Source of the DNA: Eledone cirrhosa
Taxonomy: Eukaryota
Length of the DNA: 64,000 bases
Assembly: GCA_964016885.1 (NCBI GenBank)
Contig: OZ024743.1
Location: 81,840,001-81,904,000, forward strand
Direction of reading: 5' to 3'
Shown here: positions 1 to 13,198 of the stretch, piece by piece
How the letters are laid out: the number at the start of each line of letters is the position of its first letter
Numbering within the stretch: position 1 is the stretch's first letter
Notes under the pieces: generated by a model
What the model saw: only the letters and a program-made list of their open reading frames with translations
The model's database searches: none
What the model was told of the DNA's origin: nothing
Position numbers and translations under genes: made by a program

Positions 1-66
1 GAGCCAATTTCGGCACTGCACACTCCATTAAAGGTAACCACAACTATTCTAGTGGTGGTAGTGGCT

Positions 67-67
<1 letters not shown>

Positions 68-162
<95 letters not shown>

Positions 163-165
163 CAG
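68..165. repeat. (AGT)n microsatellite
   Basis: Pure trinucleotide tract; explains poly-Leu ORF 49..246. Confidence 0.95.
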
Positions 166-1004
166 TGGTATTGTGAAACAGATTCTGGTTCCAGTTTGTA
201 AAACACTGAAAGCAGTGTACCACCTTTCAATTGTAAACCAACTCACACTCTATTTCCAATAGTAATTGGACTCAGGCCACGCTGGAGCTTCACTGTTCAT
301 TAGATTGTCGCCATGTTGGGACCTCATCAGTCAATGTATTGTGGCCACGCTGCAGCACTACTCATCAATGGACTATTGCCAGGTTGGTATACCAGCAGTC
401 ACTGAAGGGGCCGGGGTTTAAGAGAATCTTAAGCGAGAAGAAATATAATGGATCCTAAAACTTAAGCTCATCATCAGGTCTTACGACGTAGTCACCTCCA
501 TCCAATTGACCCAACTAGAAATGCAAGTACTTGGGCATATCCTCGGTGTAGTAACCTCAAGTCGTACAACATAGTCACCTTCATCGAGGGGACACAACTA
601 CAGGTGTAGGTTCTTGTCAGTTGTGTACCCTGGAGTCACTGGGTGTTTCAGGCCTTACATCTTACACCTTCCTCCAGATGACCCAACAACCGATGTAAAC
701 TTACACCCATCGTCAATATCGTATCCTGTAGTCTGTGGGTGGTCAGGATCTTCAACAAACAAGCTTCACCAAACCTCAATCTGTGCCCAACTGTGATCCA
801 TACTACTGACACCATCGGTTAATTCAATTCCGCCATCAGCCTCTATATACCCTCCCAGTTGTACAAGGAGCCATCTAGATATCCTCTGCGTTGGTTCCAG
901 GTTCTTCACCATTCAATCTCCTCTGGTCACTGTCGTTGTCTAAAGAAGAAAGAAAAAACATTCGGTTGAGTTGAAAGTAAAGAGAAACTGTGTGTACGTA
1001 CGCA

Positions 1005-1198
<194 letters not shown>

Positions 1199-1379
1199 AA
1201 TGAGTAACACAACAATTATTCCGAAACCTTGAGTAATGGAATAATTATATTGTGTTATTTATTACATAATTAAATAGCTCTGTACTATACATGGAGCACT
1301 CTTCTTTCCTTTACCATTTCCACGGAAATACTAAACACTAAACACACACGCACACATATATATGTATGTGTGTGTCTGA

Positions 1380-2517
1380 TGTGTGTGTGTTGAAAAGTTC
1401 CTATCTTTGGGTAAAAGAAAATACAGGAGGATCAGTTAAATATGATTTTATTCAACATATTCTCCTCTCAGATTCACACACTTATTGCAGTGGTCCTTCA
1501 GTTTTTCTAAGCCCTGTATAAAGAACGTGGAAGGTTGGTCCTCGAGCCAGGCCTTTGTAGCAGCGTTCTCTTGAGTTGTTTCTTCAGTTGTGGGAAGGTG
1601 ACTAAGGACGGTGGTCTACCAATTCGAAGCGAAAGTCCTGTATTTTCCATAGAGTTTCATGTGTTGTGTATGCTGGTGCATTGTCCTTCAAAAATAACAC
1701 ACCACAGCTCAGCGTCCCACGTCGTTTCTGCTCAAAGCTTCACAGAGACATGTAGTATTCTGTGTTGATGGTGTGACCTTTGGCATGTGTTTTATGAGTG
1801 TATTCCATCTTAGTCCCAGAACACTGAAGCCAGAGTCTTTCCAGCTGACATCTGAATCCTAGACGTGGTGAACTGTTGTGGGACACCCTCATTGTATACT
1901 GTTTAGTCTGGAGATCGTAATGACAAAGCCAAGTTTCATTCATGGTGACTAAATAACCCATAAAACCAGCCTCTCCCGCTCCAAACCGGCCCCAAATCAC
2001 TTTTAATTACGTCACTGTGATGCGCTTCTGATCTGCGTTCAGGCGTTTCGGCACCCATTTTGCAGAAAGCTTTCTTCTGTTTCAGCTATGATTTTAGCTG
2101 AAATACGGTGATCCTCGTGAATCAAGACGTACAGAGCGTCCGCTTTACCCTCTCTGGTCACAGAAGTTGGCCGCCCAGTCCAGGATTCATCTGTGACCTT
2201 AAAATGACCAGTCCAAAACCTTGGCACCCAGATTTTCATGGTGGGGTGAGACTTGTTTTATCTCGCCATGGAATTCCGCCGCACTTTGCCTTACGGAAAG
2301 AGGAACTTTATGACGCGCCTGTGTTCAAATTTGAACAAATCCACTGTAGTAGCTGTTATCCTGCGTTTAATCTGCAAAACAGAAATCTTAATTGTATACC
2401 ATCAGGATTTTTTTTTTCATATCTCTTCTTAAATAATTGTCCTACCCTCCCTGTAAAGGTAACAGCTCTACACTTTCACAATAACCTTAAAGCCAGGAAC
2501 ATTTCAACACCGCCTCG
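1380..2517 (-). mobile_element. Decayed Mariner (Tc1/mariner) DNA transposon
   Basis: Minus-strand remnants WVPRF..GHFKVTDE..TGRPTSV and VTMNETWLCHYD.QTKQ, plus C-terminus CNKCVNLRGEYVE* near 1450-1490. Imperfect TIRs gtgttgaaaagttcctatcttt (1387-1408) and aaagccaggaacatttcaacaccgcctcg (2489-2517), followed by TA. Confidence 0.85.
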
Positions 2518-2570
2518 TATACATATATAGATATATGAAATATATATGTATATTATATATATATATATTC

Positions 2571-2621
<51 letters not shown>

Positions 2622-2645
2622 TTTCTCTGTATGTATGTATGTATG

Positions 2646-2710
<65 letters not shown>

Positions 2711-2975
2711 TGTATATATATATATATATACAATATATATACAGATATAGATATATGATATATATATATATATATATACATATCATATATATATATATAT
2801 CTGTATATATATTGTGTATATATATATATATACATACAAAGAAAGTGAGAGAGAGAGGGAAATATATATATATATATATCAATCATATATACGCCTATAT
2901 ATAGATATATGTATGCATACATACATATGTGTGTAATATATATATATATATATAAATGTATATATATATATGTAT

Positions 2976-3067
<92 letters not shown>

Positions 3068-3074
3068 TAGATAA

Positions 3075-3113
<39 letters not shown>

Positions 3114-3451
3114 CACATACCCACACGTATAAATATATATACATATATATATTCTCCTTATAGATATATACATATATACACACACACATAGATACATACA
3201 TAAACACACACACACTCACACATGATATCCGCACTATAAGTACAAGGACGCAGAGATACATGTGTCTAAAATCGTATACACATGAATGCATTAAATATAG
3301 TTCTAGTGGAAAGTTGCCAGGCTGTGACCCATGCCTGACCTAGCTGTGAGACCAATAAAATTATGAACTATATTGACCAGTAGCGGTCACTACTGGTCAC
3401 TGATAACGCTGAAACAGTTAAAACTTCCATCAGGTCAATTCTAGTTGAAGA

Positions 3452-3490
<39 letters not shown>

Positions 3491-3599
3491 TGTCCTCCTG
3501 TGTGTATTATATATAAATATATGTATATATATATATAGGTATCCTCCTGTGTGTATTATATATATATATATATATATATTGTCGTTCCTGGGACATTTA

Positions 3600-3706
3600 G
3601 CCCTAGGAAGGGAAAATGCTTCTCTGATGAGCTTTGGTTTTCCATCATAAATCCATCGGATTTATGAGGTTTTACAAAGCGAAACTGATCAGTAAGGGCC
3701 ACTAGG
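3600..3706 (+). ncRNA. Type I hammerhead ribozyme (canonical core)
   Basis: CTGATGA 3624-3630; stem II GCTTTG/CAAAGC extended by TCATAAATCC/GGATTTATGA; GAAA 3681-3684; palindromic stem III ACTGATCAGT; GTA triplet 3692-3694; stem I TTCT/AGGG plus distal CCTAG/CTAGG. Confidence 0.85.
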
Positions 3707-3779
3707 AGAGGTAAACATTTATATTATATTTTTTAATGTATTTTGAAAAATTGATTGAATTTTACTTGTTCTGCTTATC

Positions 3780-3845
<66 letters not shown>

Positions 3846-3846
<1 letters not shown>

Positions 3847-4572
3847 CAGTGAAAATTTTAGTAAGTAAGTTAATTTTTTTGATTTTTTAAAATTTTCTTA
3901 TTTTACGTCTTTTATATTATTGTTCTGCATCCTCCTGCATCGAACCACCTAGGTACTATGACATAACCTGTGTATTTGCTGGCATTAGCGTACATCTGTA
4001 CGCATATGTTAGTAGATATACTAAATTCTCTATATTTATCTCCAAATTACTTATTTGTCGAGCAAACCTGCCAAAACCACTACTAATTTATTGGTGTGAT
4101 AGTAGGCTTCTGTCATCTTACCATCCCACTCCTACCGACTAGCCTCAGTGTCACGTGATTGATTCTTTAGAATCTGCCATTTGACCAGAGGCAGCGAGGA
4201 TTTCAGTGCATGGAATTCAGTCCCCGCTAGCTGTTCCATCTACCGAATTATTATTATTTTTATATGAGTCCCCCGGTGTCCGCGCATTGCCTGGAGACTT
4301 AGCTGAGAATAGACTCCCTGATGACGTAATGAATTCTCGAGAGTTAGATTACGTAACTGTCTTTATCCCATTGCAGAAACTAATTAGTTGGAGTGAAAAT
4401 TTTAGTAAGTAAGTTAATTTTTTTAATTTTTTAAAATTTTCTTATTTTACGTCTTTTATATTATTGTTCTGCATCCTCCTGCGTCGAACCACCTAGGTAC
4501 TATGACATAACCTGTGTATTTGCTGGCATTAGCGTACATCTGTACGCATATGTTAGTAGATATACTAAATTC
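3846..4572 (+). mobile_element. Retrozyme-like non-coding element, ~1.3 tandem units of 544 nt, between (TA)n tracts
   Basis: Near-identical ~180-bp direct repeat 3848-4030 / 4392-4572, with a hammerhead fold at the unit junction. Confidence 0.75.
4313..4394 (+). ncRNA. Type I hammerhead ribozyme with insertion between stem II and GAAA
   Basis: Stem I ACTCC/GGAGT; CTGATGA 4318-4324; CGTAAT/ATTACG stem; 22-nt insert; GAAA 4376-4379; palindromic ACTAATTAGT; GTT triplet 4387-4389. Confidence 0.7.
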
Positions 4573-4602
4573 TATATATATATATATATATATATAGATA
4601 TG

Positions 4603-7600
4603 TTTCTTTTATTTGCCACCAGGGCATCAAAAGTGGGACAAGTACAAGGGGGGAGTTTACACAAAAAGGCGTCCTCAATAAGGAGGAGGCAATAACAATA
4701 TATAAAAATAATATGTAACAAAAAATAAAATTTATAACAAAATCCTCAATAGAGAGGAGGCGCCTTGGGGGGTCGCACACACCCCCGAAAAAAGTGTGCA
4801 ACCCTTTTCCTCAGGAGCACAGAGAGAGGGTGCTCCCTCGTTCCTTCCTCTTTTCCACCTACAGGCTTATGTAAAGAGAAGGCCCATTCACACGGGCCAT
4901 TCTCACCACTTTCACCCACCTTTCATAAAAACGACTGGGGTGGAGCACCTCTCTCTCCATCCTGATCCTTCTTCCGAAATGATATCGGAAGAAACGGACC
5001 AGTTGTTGGCCAGAGAGAAAGGTGCCTGACCTCAGTCCTTTCAGACGCGTCCACCATACAACCTCTTTCGCCATGGCTATTACGCACAGAAACACCGCCT
5101 CTGCTTCATCTTTGAAGGGGGGAGGCGGCTTGATCATTACAATAGACTCGGTGGTCAACCGGATCGGTCCCACCCTTGACAGCAGTTGTTCGACATAGCC
5201 CCACAGATCGGCTACGCCCGAGCAGTGTACCAATGCGTGTGCAACGGTTTCCTCGTCGCACACGCATCTGGGACAGATCTTTTTGGCGGGGTCCCTACCC
5301 GGGCGCCCGTGTCTGTAGAGCTTTTCTCGAACGGGTAGAGCCCCTCGGTAGCACTGCCAGGCCAGGGACTTCTGGAAGTTGTCCATAGGTCCCGGGCTGA
5401 ATGTCCTACCGAACAGGCTGGCCAGTTCGTCCTCCTCCATGTCTAGGGCTTCTCCGAGGGCGTCGTCGCACCTGCTGCGTACCAGCCCTCTATAGAATGT
5501 TTCGGTGGAGTCTCCACTGATAACCGGATCCGCCTGCCAGAGGGCGGTGAGCGCCTGGGCACACTCAGTGTGCCAGGCGCCCAGTTTTCTCGGTCTTTGC
5601 TTGACCCAGGATTGCAGCTCGGTGAGTGAGACGAGTCTGGGAAAGGTTCGTCTCACAAACGAGGCCCACACCGGTTGACCGGTGAGGAATACGTAGAGGT
5701 GCCGTAGCCTTAATGCGTGTTTACGCATCATTAGCCACGGCATCCCCAGCCCTCCTTTCGAAGGGTGTTGACAGCAGATGGATCTCCTCACCATAGGAGC
5801 CCGCCTCTTCCAAAGGAATTGGAAGAGCGCGCGCTCCATCTTGGCGAGGGTTTCCCTTGGGCAGGGCACTACGGTCAGGCGGTAGTAGATGACGGACGCT
5901 ATATAAGTGTTCGCCACCTCCGCCCGACCTTTCAGGGATAGTTTGCAACTGGCCCACTTCTGGGTCAGTGCAAACACCCTGTTCGTAACCTCCGCCCAGT
6001 TCTTCTCCACCTGGAGGTCCGGTCCGAACCAGACCCCGAGCAACTTCACCGGGCCCTCCGTCCAGCGTCCGACGACGCCATCGGAGGGCATCGGTCTGCC
6101 CCTCCACGTGCCGATTTGCAAACCGATCGACTTGTCCCGGTTCAGCTTAGCCCCTGTGAACCTTTCGTACTCCTCCAGTAAGGTGCCGACCGCCTCGATT
6201 TCGGAGGCCGTCGACACCATTACTGTCACGTCATCGGCGTAGGCCGACACCGCTTTCCGCAATCCCAGTTCCAAAGGGATGCCCTGCAACAACTCCAACT
6301 TCCGCAGTAGTGGCTCGAGAGTCAACACCTACAGACGGGAGGAGAGAGGGCACCCTTGTCGGATGGACCCCGCGATTTTGAACGGCTCCGAGAGGTAGCC
6401 GTTCACCTTGACCCTAGAGCAGATGCGGCTGCTGTGCATAGCAGTGATCCAGCCCCTGAAAACGGGTCCGAAGCCTGCCGCCGCTAGCACCGCATCCAGG
6501 TAACCACGGTCGACCCTATCGAACGCCTTAGATTGATCCAAGTTGATCAGAGCCACACCAAAGCCGGGTTAGTTCCCAACCCTCTCTATGATGTATCGCA
6601 TTAGATGGAGGTTGTCATGGATGGATCTGGACGGGATAGCACATGTCTGCGCATCTCCCACCAGGTTGCCCACGACAAGCGCCAACCTCTTTGCTAGCAC
6701 CTTGGCCAAAATCTGTAACTCTGTATTTAGCAGAGTTATGGGCCTGAAGTTACTTATTTCGTCACCCTTGTTCTCGTCCTTCCTCACTAGCGTGACTACG
6801 CCCTTGGTCACTGCACAGGGAATTCTCCCGTTCTGTTGCCAGTTGCAGTAGACCGCCTCGAGGAGATCGGGGAACAAGTCCGGCATAGCTAGATACAGTT
6901 CGTATGGAAGACCATCAGGACCCGGGGATTTGCGTTTGCCGCATTGGCTCAGCATGTCCTCTATCTCAGCGGCTGAAATCGGCTCCTCGCAGGACTTCGC
7001 CTCCCTGTCCGAGAGACGCGGCAGGCCGTCGAGGTATGGACCGTAGTCCACATCCCCAACCGGCTCCCCGCCCCTTCCGAACAATCGGGCAAAGTGCTTT
7101 TGAAAGGCCTCACACATCTGCTTAGGTTCAAGGATCGCCCGTCCATCCTGGTCTCGCAAAGACCGGATGGTGGATTTAGTTCCACTCTTGGCTTCTGTCA
7201 CGCGGGCCCAGGTAACAGCTTTGGTCCCCTCGTTCCCTAGAGCACGTATTTTACTTCGGACAACGCAGCCTTCGTGCTTCGCGTCGAAAAACTGGCTCAA
7301 AGCCGTTCTCGACGCTAACACTCTGGCCACGTCGCCGCTTCTAATTGCCTCTTCTACTCTATCTATCAGCTTCCTTTCCTTCCTATTCCTATCCGCAGCT
7401 AGAACCTTACTAAATTCTATCGAGACTAATCTAATCTCTCTCTTTAGAGATACCCACCACCTGCTGTTGACGATCGCTCCAGTCAACCGTTCCTTAACTA
7501 ACGTACTAATCCAGTCCCTGTAAGCTTTACTAGCCGGTAAGGACAAGTTCAGCTTCCAGTAACCGGGGCCCTGTCTATGCGTTCTATCAAGGTTGACCAT

Positions 7601-8745
7601 GCAGGTCACCAACTTGTGGTCTGAATAGCCAACCATGAGCATTACTGGACAACTTAAAAGTCCCTGTCCTTATTTCTAACTAAAAACCTATCTAGGTACG
7701 ACCTAGATGATCCGCTGCGATTTGACCAAGACCAGGTTGGCACCGTCGGAAAATCTAGTCGAAATCTATCTGCCAGGTCAAATCGGCCGAGTAACCCCTT
7801 GAGGCTGTTGCACCCCTCTCTATCGGGACATGCCCCTGCATAGTCCCAACGTGCATCCAGGATACCATTCCAGTCCCCCACTAAAAGCAGGGAACGGGAC
7901 GTCCCTAGAAAAGACTCCAGACGCTGGAAAAAGTCGGGCCGCTCTGACCCAAAAGGGGCATATGCGGCTACCAGCCTAAAGGCTTCACCTTCACCACTGC
8001 CAAGGTCCAGCACCACCAGTCGACCCCCTGGGTCCAAGTGAACTATCTGTGTGGCAAGACCCAGATGTTTTTGCAGCAGAACGACAACCCCACCCCCACC
8101 TCCGGGCTGACAGAGAGATGTGTGCATCTCAAAGTCGTCAAAGGTGGGGGCTAGCTGTCGCATGCTGTTGATCCGGGCCTCGCAGATAACCATCACATTT
8201 ATAGATCGCGACCTGAGGTCATTTAGAAGCATTGCTTGCTTCCAAGATGAGCCCAGGCCACGCGCATTTAGACACCCTACTCTTAGCACAGCCATGTTGG
8301 TGGTAAAGAGAAAAGGCACTTACATCTCTGCGTCCCGGGAAGCGGGCCGCTCAATTTCCATGCTGGTTGGGGATGGGTTATTGGGTGGGGTGGTGGTTTG
8401 TGGAAGTGAAGGGGCATCGGTGTGTTGTGGGGTTGGGGTGTTTGTGGTTGAGTGGGTGTCTGGGTGGGGGGTGGGGAATTTTTTTAGGAGGACGCGGTTG
8501 ATTGGCTTGGCGGGGGGGGGGGGGGGGCATGTCCTCCGCGAAATTTATTTTCAACGTTTTATATAAGTTCATTGGGACTTTAATCATTTGTAAATGAGGT
8601 AGTCCCACAGCAGTTATAGAGTTAGGCCCTTCAGTTTGGACCGAAGGATTTGACGAAATTGTGTTCATTAGTTCTTTGTTGTTTGTGTTCATGTATGTAT
8701 ATTGTAAAGTCTTTTTTTGCATAGCAGTTAGTGTTGTGTGACGGG
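4603..8745 (-). mobile_element. Tx1/L1-clade LINE, copy 1 (ORF1 C-terminus plus frameshifted ORF2)
   Basis: APE endonuclease (LNARGL, LVGDWN, SYLDR, SDHKLV), RT (NFRPITLLNTE, LDQSKAFDRVD, RQGCPLS, AYADD), C-terminal CPRC..ETVAHALVHC; AATAAA near 4607-4612 on minus. Confidence 0.93.
4859..8295 (-). pseudogene. ORF2 (endonuclease-reverse transcriptase) of Tx1 copy 1, split by about three frameshifts
   Basis: Consecutive ORFs 7654-8319, 6569-7642, 6329-6556 and 4859-6328 form one colinear protein. Confidence 0.9.
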
Positions 8746-9384
8746 GAGGGGTGGTTTGTATATAGTTAGTGTTCTCTTGGGGAGGGTTATGCAGTAAGCA
8801 ACTGAAGTATATTACCAATTCATAGACGTAGAAACAATACAGTTTTATACCTGAAGCTACAGCGAGATGTATCTATCTAATATTTCAGTGTTTCTGCGTA
8901 TATTTCACTAGTCCTTAGATGTCTGATAGGTTTATAAAGCTTTTCGTTACATATTTCCTCTTGGATTGGTGGGTAGTTTCTGAGGAAGATCTCCACGAAA
9001 ATAAAACCTCCAGTCTAGCTGTTCATACTTTTTCATTATATATGTATACGTGAATAAGTGATATTCACATCTCTAAATATCAATATATCTATCATCACAT
9101 ACATCTCACTGCTTCTGTTAAAACACCTGTACACTTCGTACATAAACGCCCTCGCTTCTGCTGAACTCCACTAGACGGCGCTGAACATCAGTCTTCTATT
9201 CATAGCTGAGACTTTCAAAATGTTTATTTATCAAACATACCATATATCTTTAGAAATACGAAATTCACATACTACTACTACTACTACTACTACTACTGCT
9301 ACTACTGTTTTGCTGCTATGTATGTGTGTATACATATACATATATATATATAAATATAAATTCAGCGAGAGTCGCATTTCGGCG

Positions 9385-9442
<58 letters not shown>

Positions 9443-9447
<5 letters not shown>

Positions 9448-12212
9448 TTGCCACAGGGGCGTACAAAAATGGGACATTACAAGACGTGACGGTGGAGGTT
9501 TTACATAAAAATAACTTTAACATTATTATTACATATAGTTTAAATAACAATAAACTATATATAATAAAATAACAATTTAAATCCCCAATAGGGGGAAACG
9601 TTACTGCAGGGTTGTTTTACACCACGTGGATAGAACAACCCTCAACACCAGGAACACGTTTTGTAGGTGTTCCTGTCTTCCCTCTGTTTATCTTCCTCAA
9701 CCTACAGGTTTATATACAGAGAAGGCCCATTCACTCTGGCCATTTTTTCCACATTCACCCACCTTTCAGCGAATTTACTGGGATGTAGCACCCCTCTCTC
9801 CACTCTCACCTTCCTTCTGAAGTGATACTTAAAGAAGGGGATAAATTGTTGTCCGGAGAGAAAGGTGTTTGCTCTCACTCCTTTTAACCTCGTCCACCAT
9901 ATTACCTCTTTCGCCATAGCCACCAGACAGAGGAAAACTGCCTCTCCTTCGTTCTTAAATGAAGGCGGCGGGGTGATCCTCACGATGGACTCGGCTGACA
10001 AATGGATGCGTCCCACACATGACAGCAGCTGTTCGACATAATTCCACAGGTCGGTCACTCCTGGGCACTGAACATGCAGACGGTTTCGATGTCCTGCTCG
10101 CATCTTGGAACAGGTCCTTTTGGCAGGATCTCTGCCAGGGCGTCCGTGCCTGTAGATTTTGTCTCGAACTGGTAGAGCTCCTCGGTAGCACTGCCAGTCC
10201 AGAGACCTCTGGAAGTTATCCATAGGCCCTGGACGGAAAGTCCTCCCGAACAGACTGGTCATTTCGTCCTCCTCGATGCCTAGAGTTTCCCCGAGAACGT
10301 CGTCGCACTTATCCTCCACTAATCCCCTATAGAATGTAGAAGTGGAGTCTCCGCTGATTGCCGTTTCCGCTTGGTAGAGGGCTGTGAGCGCCTGTAGGCA
10401 TTCGAGGTGCCAGACACCCATTTTCGGTCTTTGCTTGACCCAGGACTGCAGCTCTGTTAGTGAGGCGAGTTGTGGAAGAGCTTGTCTCACAAACGACAGC
10501 CACACCGGTTCGCCGGTCAGGAATACCTGGAGATGGCGTAGCCTCAGCACATGTTTGCGCATCATCAACCACGGAATGCCCAGCCCTCCGTTAGAAGGGT
10601 GTTGACAACAGATGGATCTCCTCACCAATGGAGCCTGTTTCTTCCAGAGGAACTTGAAGAGTAGGCGTTCCATTTTGGTAAAGTATTCGCAGGGGCAAGG
10701 CTCGACTGTCAAGCGGTAGTAGATGACGGACGCTATGTAAGTGTTCGCCACCTCCGCTTGACCTTTCAAGGAGAGTTTGCACTCATCCCACTTCTGGGTG
10801 AGTGCAAACACCTTATCCGTCACCCCGGAAGTCTCGACCGAACCAGACCCCGAGCAATTTCACCGGTCCTTCCATCAAGCGTCCAACGACACTATCGGAA
10901 GGCATGGGTTTGCCTCTCCATGTGCCGAGTTGCAAACCGACAGGCTTGTTTGGGTTTAGTCTTGCTCCTGTCAAAGTTTCGTATTCCTGTAATAGGTTGC
11001 CGATTACCCTGATTTCCGAGGTTTTCCACACCATTACCGTCATGTCGTCGGCATAGGCCGACGCTGCTTTCCGCAGTCCTGGTTCGATCGGGATGCCCTG
11101 CAACAGCTCCAACTTCCGCAGTAACGGCTCGAGAGTCAGTACATACAGAATGGAGGAGAGAGGCCATCCCTGACGGATGGAAGGCATGATTTGGAATGGC
11201 TCTGATAGGTAGCCATTCACCTTGACTGCCGAGTAGATGCTGGTGTGCATGGCAGCGATCCAGCCTCTGAAGACGGGACCGAAGCCGGCCGCCTTGAGAA
11301 CTGCTTCCAAGTATTGATGGTCGACCCTATCAAATGCCTTAGACTGATCTAAATTGATCAGAGCCCCAGCGAAGCCAGGTTTACACCCTACCCTCTCTAT
11401 GATGTATCGCATGCGGTGGAGGTTGTCGTGTATGGACCTGGTCGGGATTGCACACGTTTGGGCTTCCCCTACCAGGTTCTCGACGACAAGTGCCAGCCTT
11501 GCTGCTAACAACTTGGCCAAAATCTTTAACTCTGTGTTGAGCAGAGTTATGGGCTTAAAATTGCTTATCTTCTCCCCCTTTTTCTCATCTTTCCTGATCA
11601 GCGTTACTACGCCTCTGCCTACAGAACTGGGAATCCTCCCGTTCTGCTGCCAGTTGCAGTAGACCGCTTCGAGGACGCCAGAGAACAAGTCTGACAAACC
11701 TATGTAAAATTCATAGGGTAGACAATCTAAACCGGGTGATTTGCGTTTCCCGCAGCGGCGTAGGGCATCTTCTATTTCACCCGCTGTGATCGGCCTTTCG
11801 CAGCTCTCCGCATCCGTGCTCGAGTGTCGCGGTACGCCGTCGAGGTAGGAGCTTAAGTCCATCACCTCGCTCGATGTACCGCTTTGTCTGAACAGTTGTG
11901 TAAAATGCTGCTGGAAGGCCGTGCACATCTGCTTGGATTCAAGTATAATGCGTCCATCTTTGTCTTGCAAAGACCGAATTGTGCTTTTGTGCCACTTTTC
12001 GCTTCTGCCACTCGGGCCCAGCTAACAGCTTTGGCTCCCTCGTTTCTTAGAGCACGTGTTCTACTTCTGACAATACAACCTTCGTGTTTCACGTTGAAGA
12101 ACTGGTCTAGTGCCGTTCTCGCCGCTAGCACGTCAGCTGTACTGCCATTCCTAAGTGCCTCTTCTATTTTAGCTACCAGTTCCTTTTCATTTTTTTTTTT
12201 TCTAAAGCTACT
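9443..12212 (-). mobile_element. Tx1/L1-clade LINE, copy 2, 5'-truncated
   Basis: ORFs 10813-11970 (RT, AYADD) and 9702-10823 are homologous to copy 1; 3' UTR ends in AATAAA next to (TA)n. Confidence 0.93.
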
Positions 12213-12286
12213 TCCTGGTAGAGATATAGATATATAGATAGATAGATCGATAAATATATAGATATATAGATATACACACACATACA

Positions 12287-12357
<71 letters not shown>

Positions 12358-12581
12358 AAAAACCGGGAGGTTATATGAAATGTTGGTAGAGCACTCAGTC
12401 CAAAGGACGAGCCCGGTATAGAGTTAGTTCCACAACAAATTAACAAATTATACTTTAGAACACATGTTTCACCGAAAGGATTCTTCAACTCGGAACTGAA
12501 CCCAAAACATTTGTTAGTGAAATCCTTAACTCCACCCATGCCTATATCTATAATTTGGGGTTATTATATTCTTATGTATTG

Positions 12582-12770
12582 GATTGGCAGTATCGGTAGA
12601 GGGTCGGACGTCATGCTTTGACGCATAGAGTTACGGCCCTTTCCATTCTGAGTTCAATCCCTCCGCGGTCAACTTTGCCTTTCATCCTTACGGGATCGAT
12701 AAAATAACGTACCAATAATGCACTGGGATAATTGCTGGCCTTGTGCCAAAAATAGACACAATTATATTAT
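12582..12770 (+). mobile_element. tRNA-derived SINE (octopus-type)
   Basis: A-box-like tggcagtatcgg, B-box gagttcaatcc, body ggtcaactttgcctttcatcc..gatcgataaaat; same family recurs on minus elsewhere in the window. Confidence 0.8.
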
Positions 12771-13198
12771 GTATTTTTGTAATCTTTTGTTTGTATTTTT
12801 TCTTACTGTCGTTGTTCTAATTGCTGTCGTTATTTATATTTTTGTTGTGTTCTTTTAATTAGCCTTATAGTTTATGTTGTTGTTATACGTGTATCACTGT
12901 TTGTTTATTCTTTCCTTCCCTCTTTCCTTCAAGTATTATTCTTCAATAGAAGAAACACAAAAGATGCTGAAGATTGTGAGAAGATGCTAGCAATAAAACT
13001 GTGCTTAAACCCCATTAGAAGGTAATATATGAAGTAGAAGGGGTGGAGGGAGGGAGGATTATATCAACAATGAAATAATCAAGAATTATTTGTGTGTGCG
13101 GCGGGGAGTTGTCTTTTAATAACAATAGCTTACATGGCCTATAAAATGACAGACCAATGAAAAAACAATAAGAGCCAGGTAACGTGAACGATGTGGAG

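Noticed and set aside
318-480. Several minus-strand CTGATGA/TTGATGA motifs
   Set aside because: No downstream GAAA..UH geometry; they belong to degenerate short repeats.
3372-3430. Hairpin tgaccagtag/ctactggtca followed by ctgataa..gaaac
   Set aside because: No consistent stem I or III; at best a decayed relic.
9168-9183. CTCF-like motif ccactagacggcgctg
   Set aside because: A single imperfect match cannot establish binding.
12452-12495. Minus-strand TTGAAGA..GAAACATGTGTT hammerhead-like motif
   Set aside because: Stem I gives only 2 bp and it adjoins a SINE-like head; not supportable.
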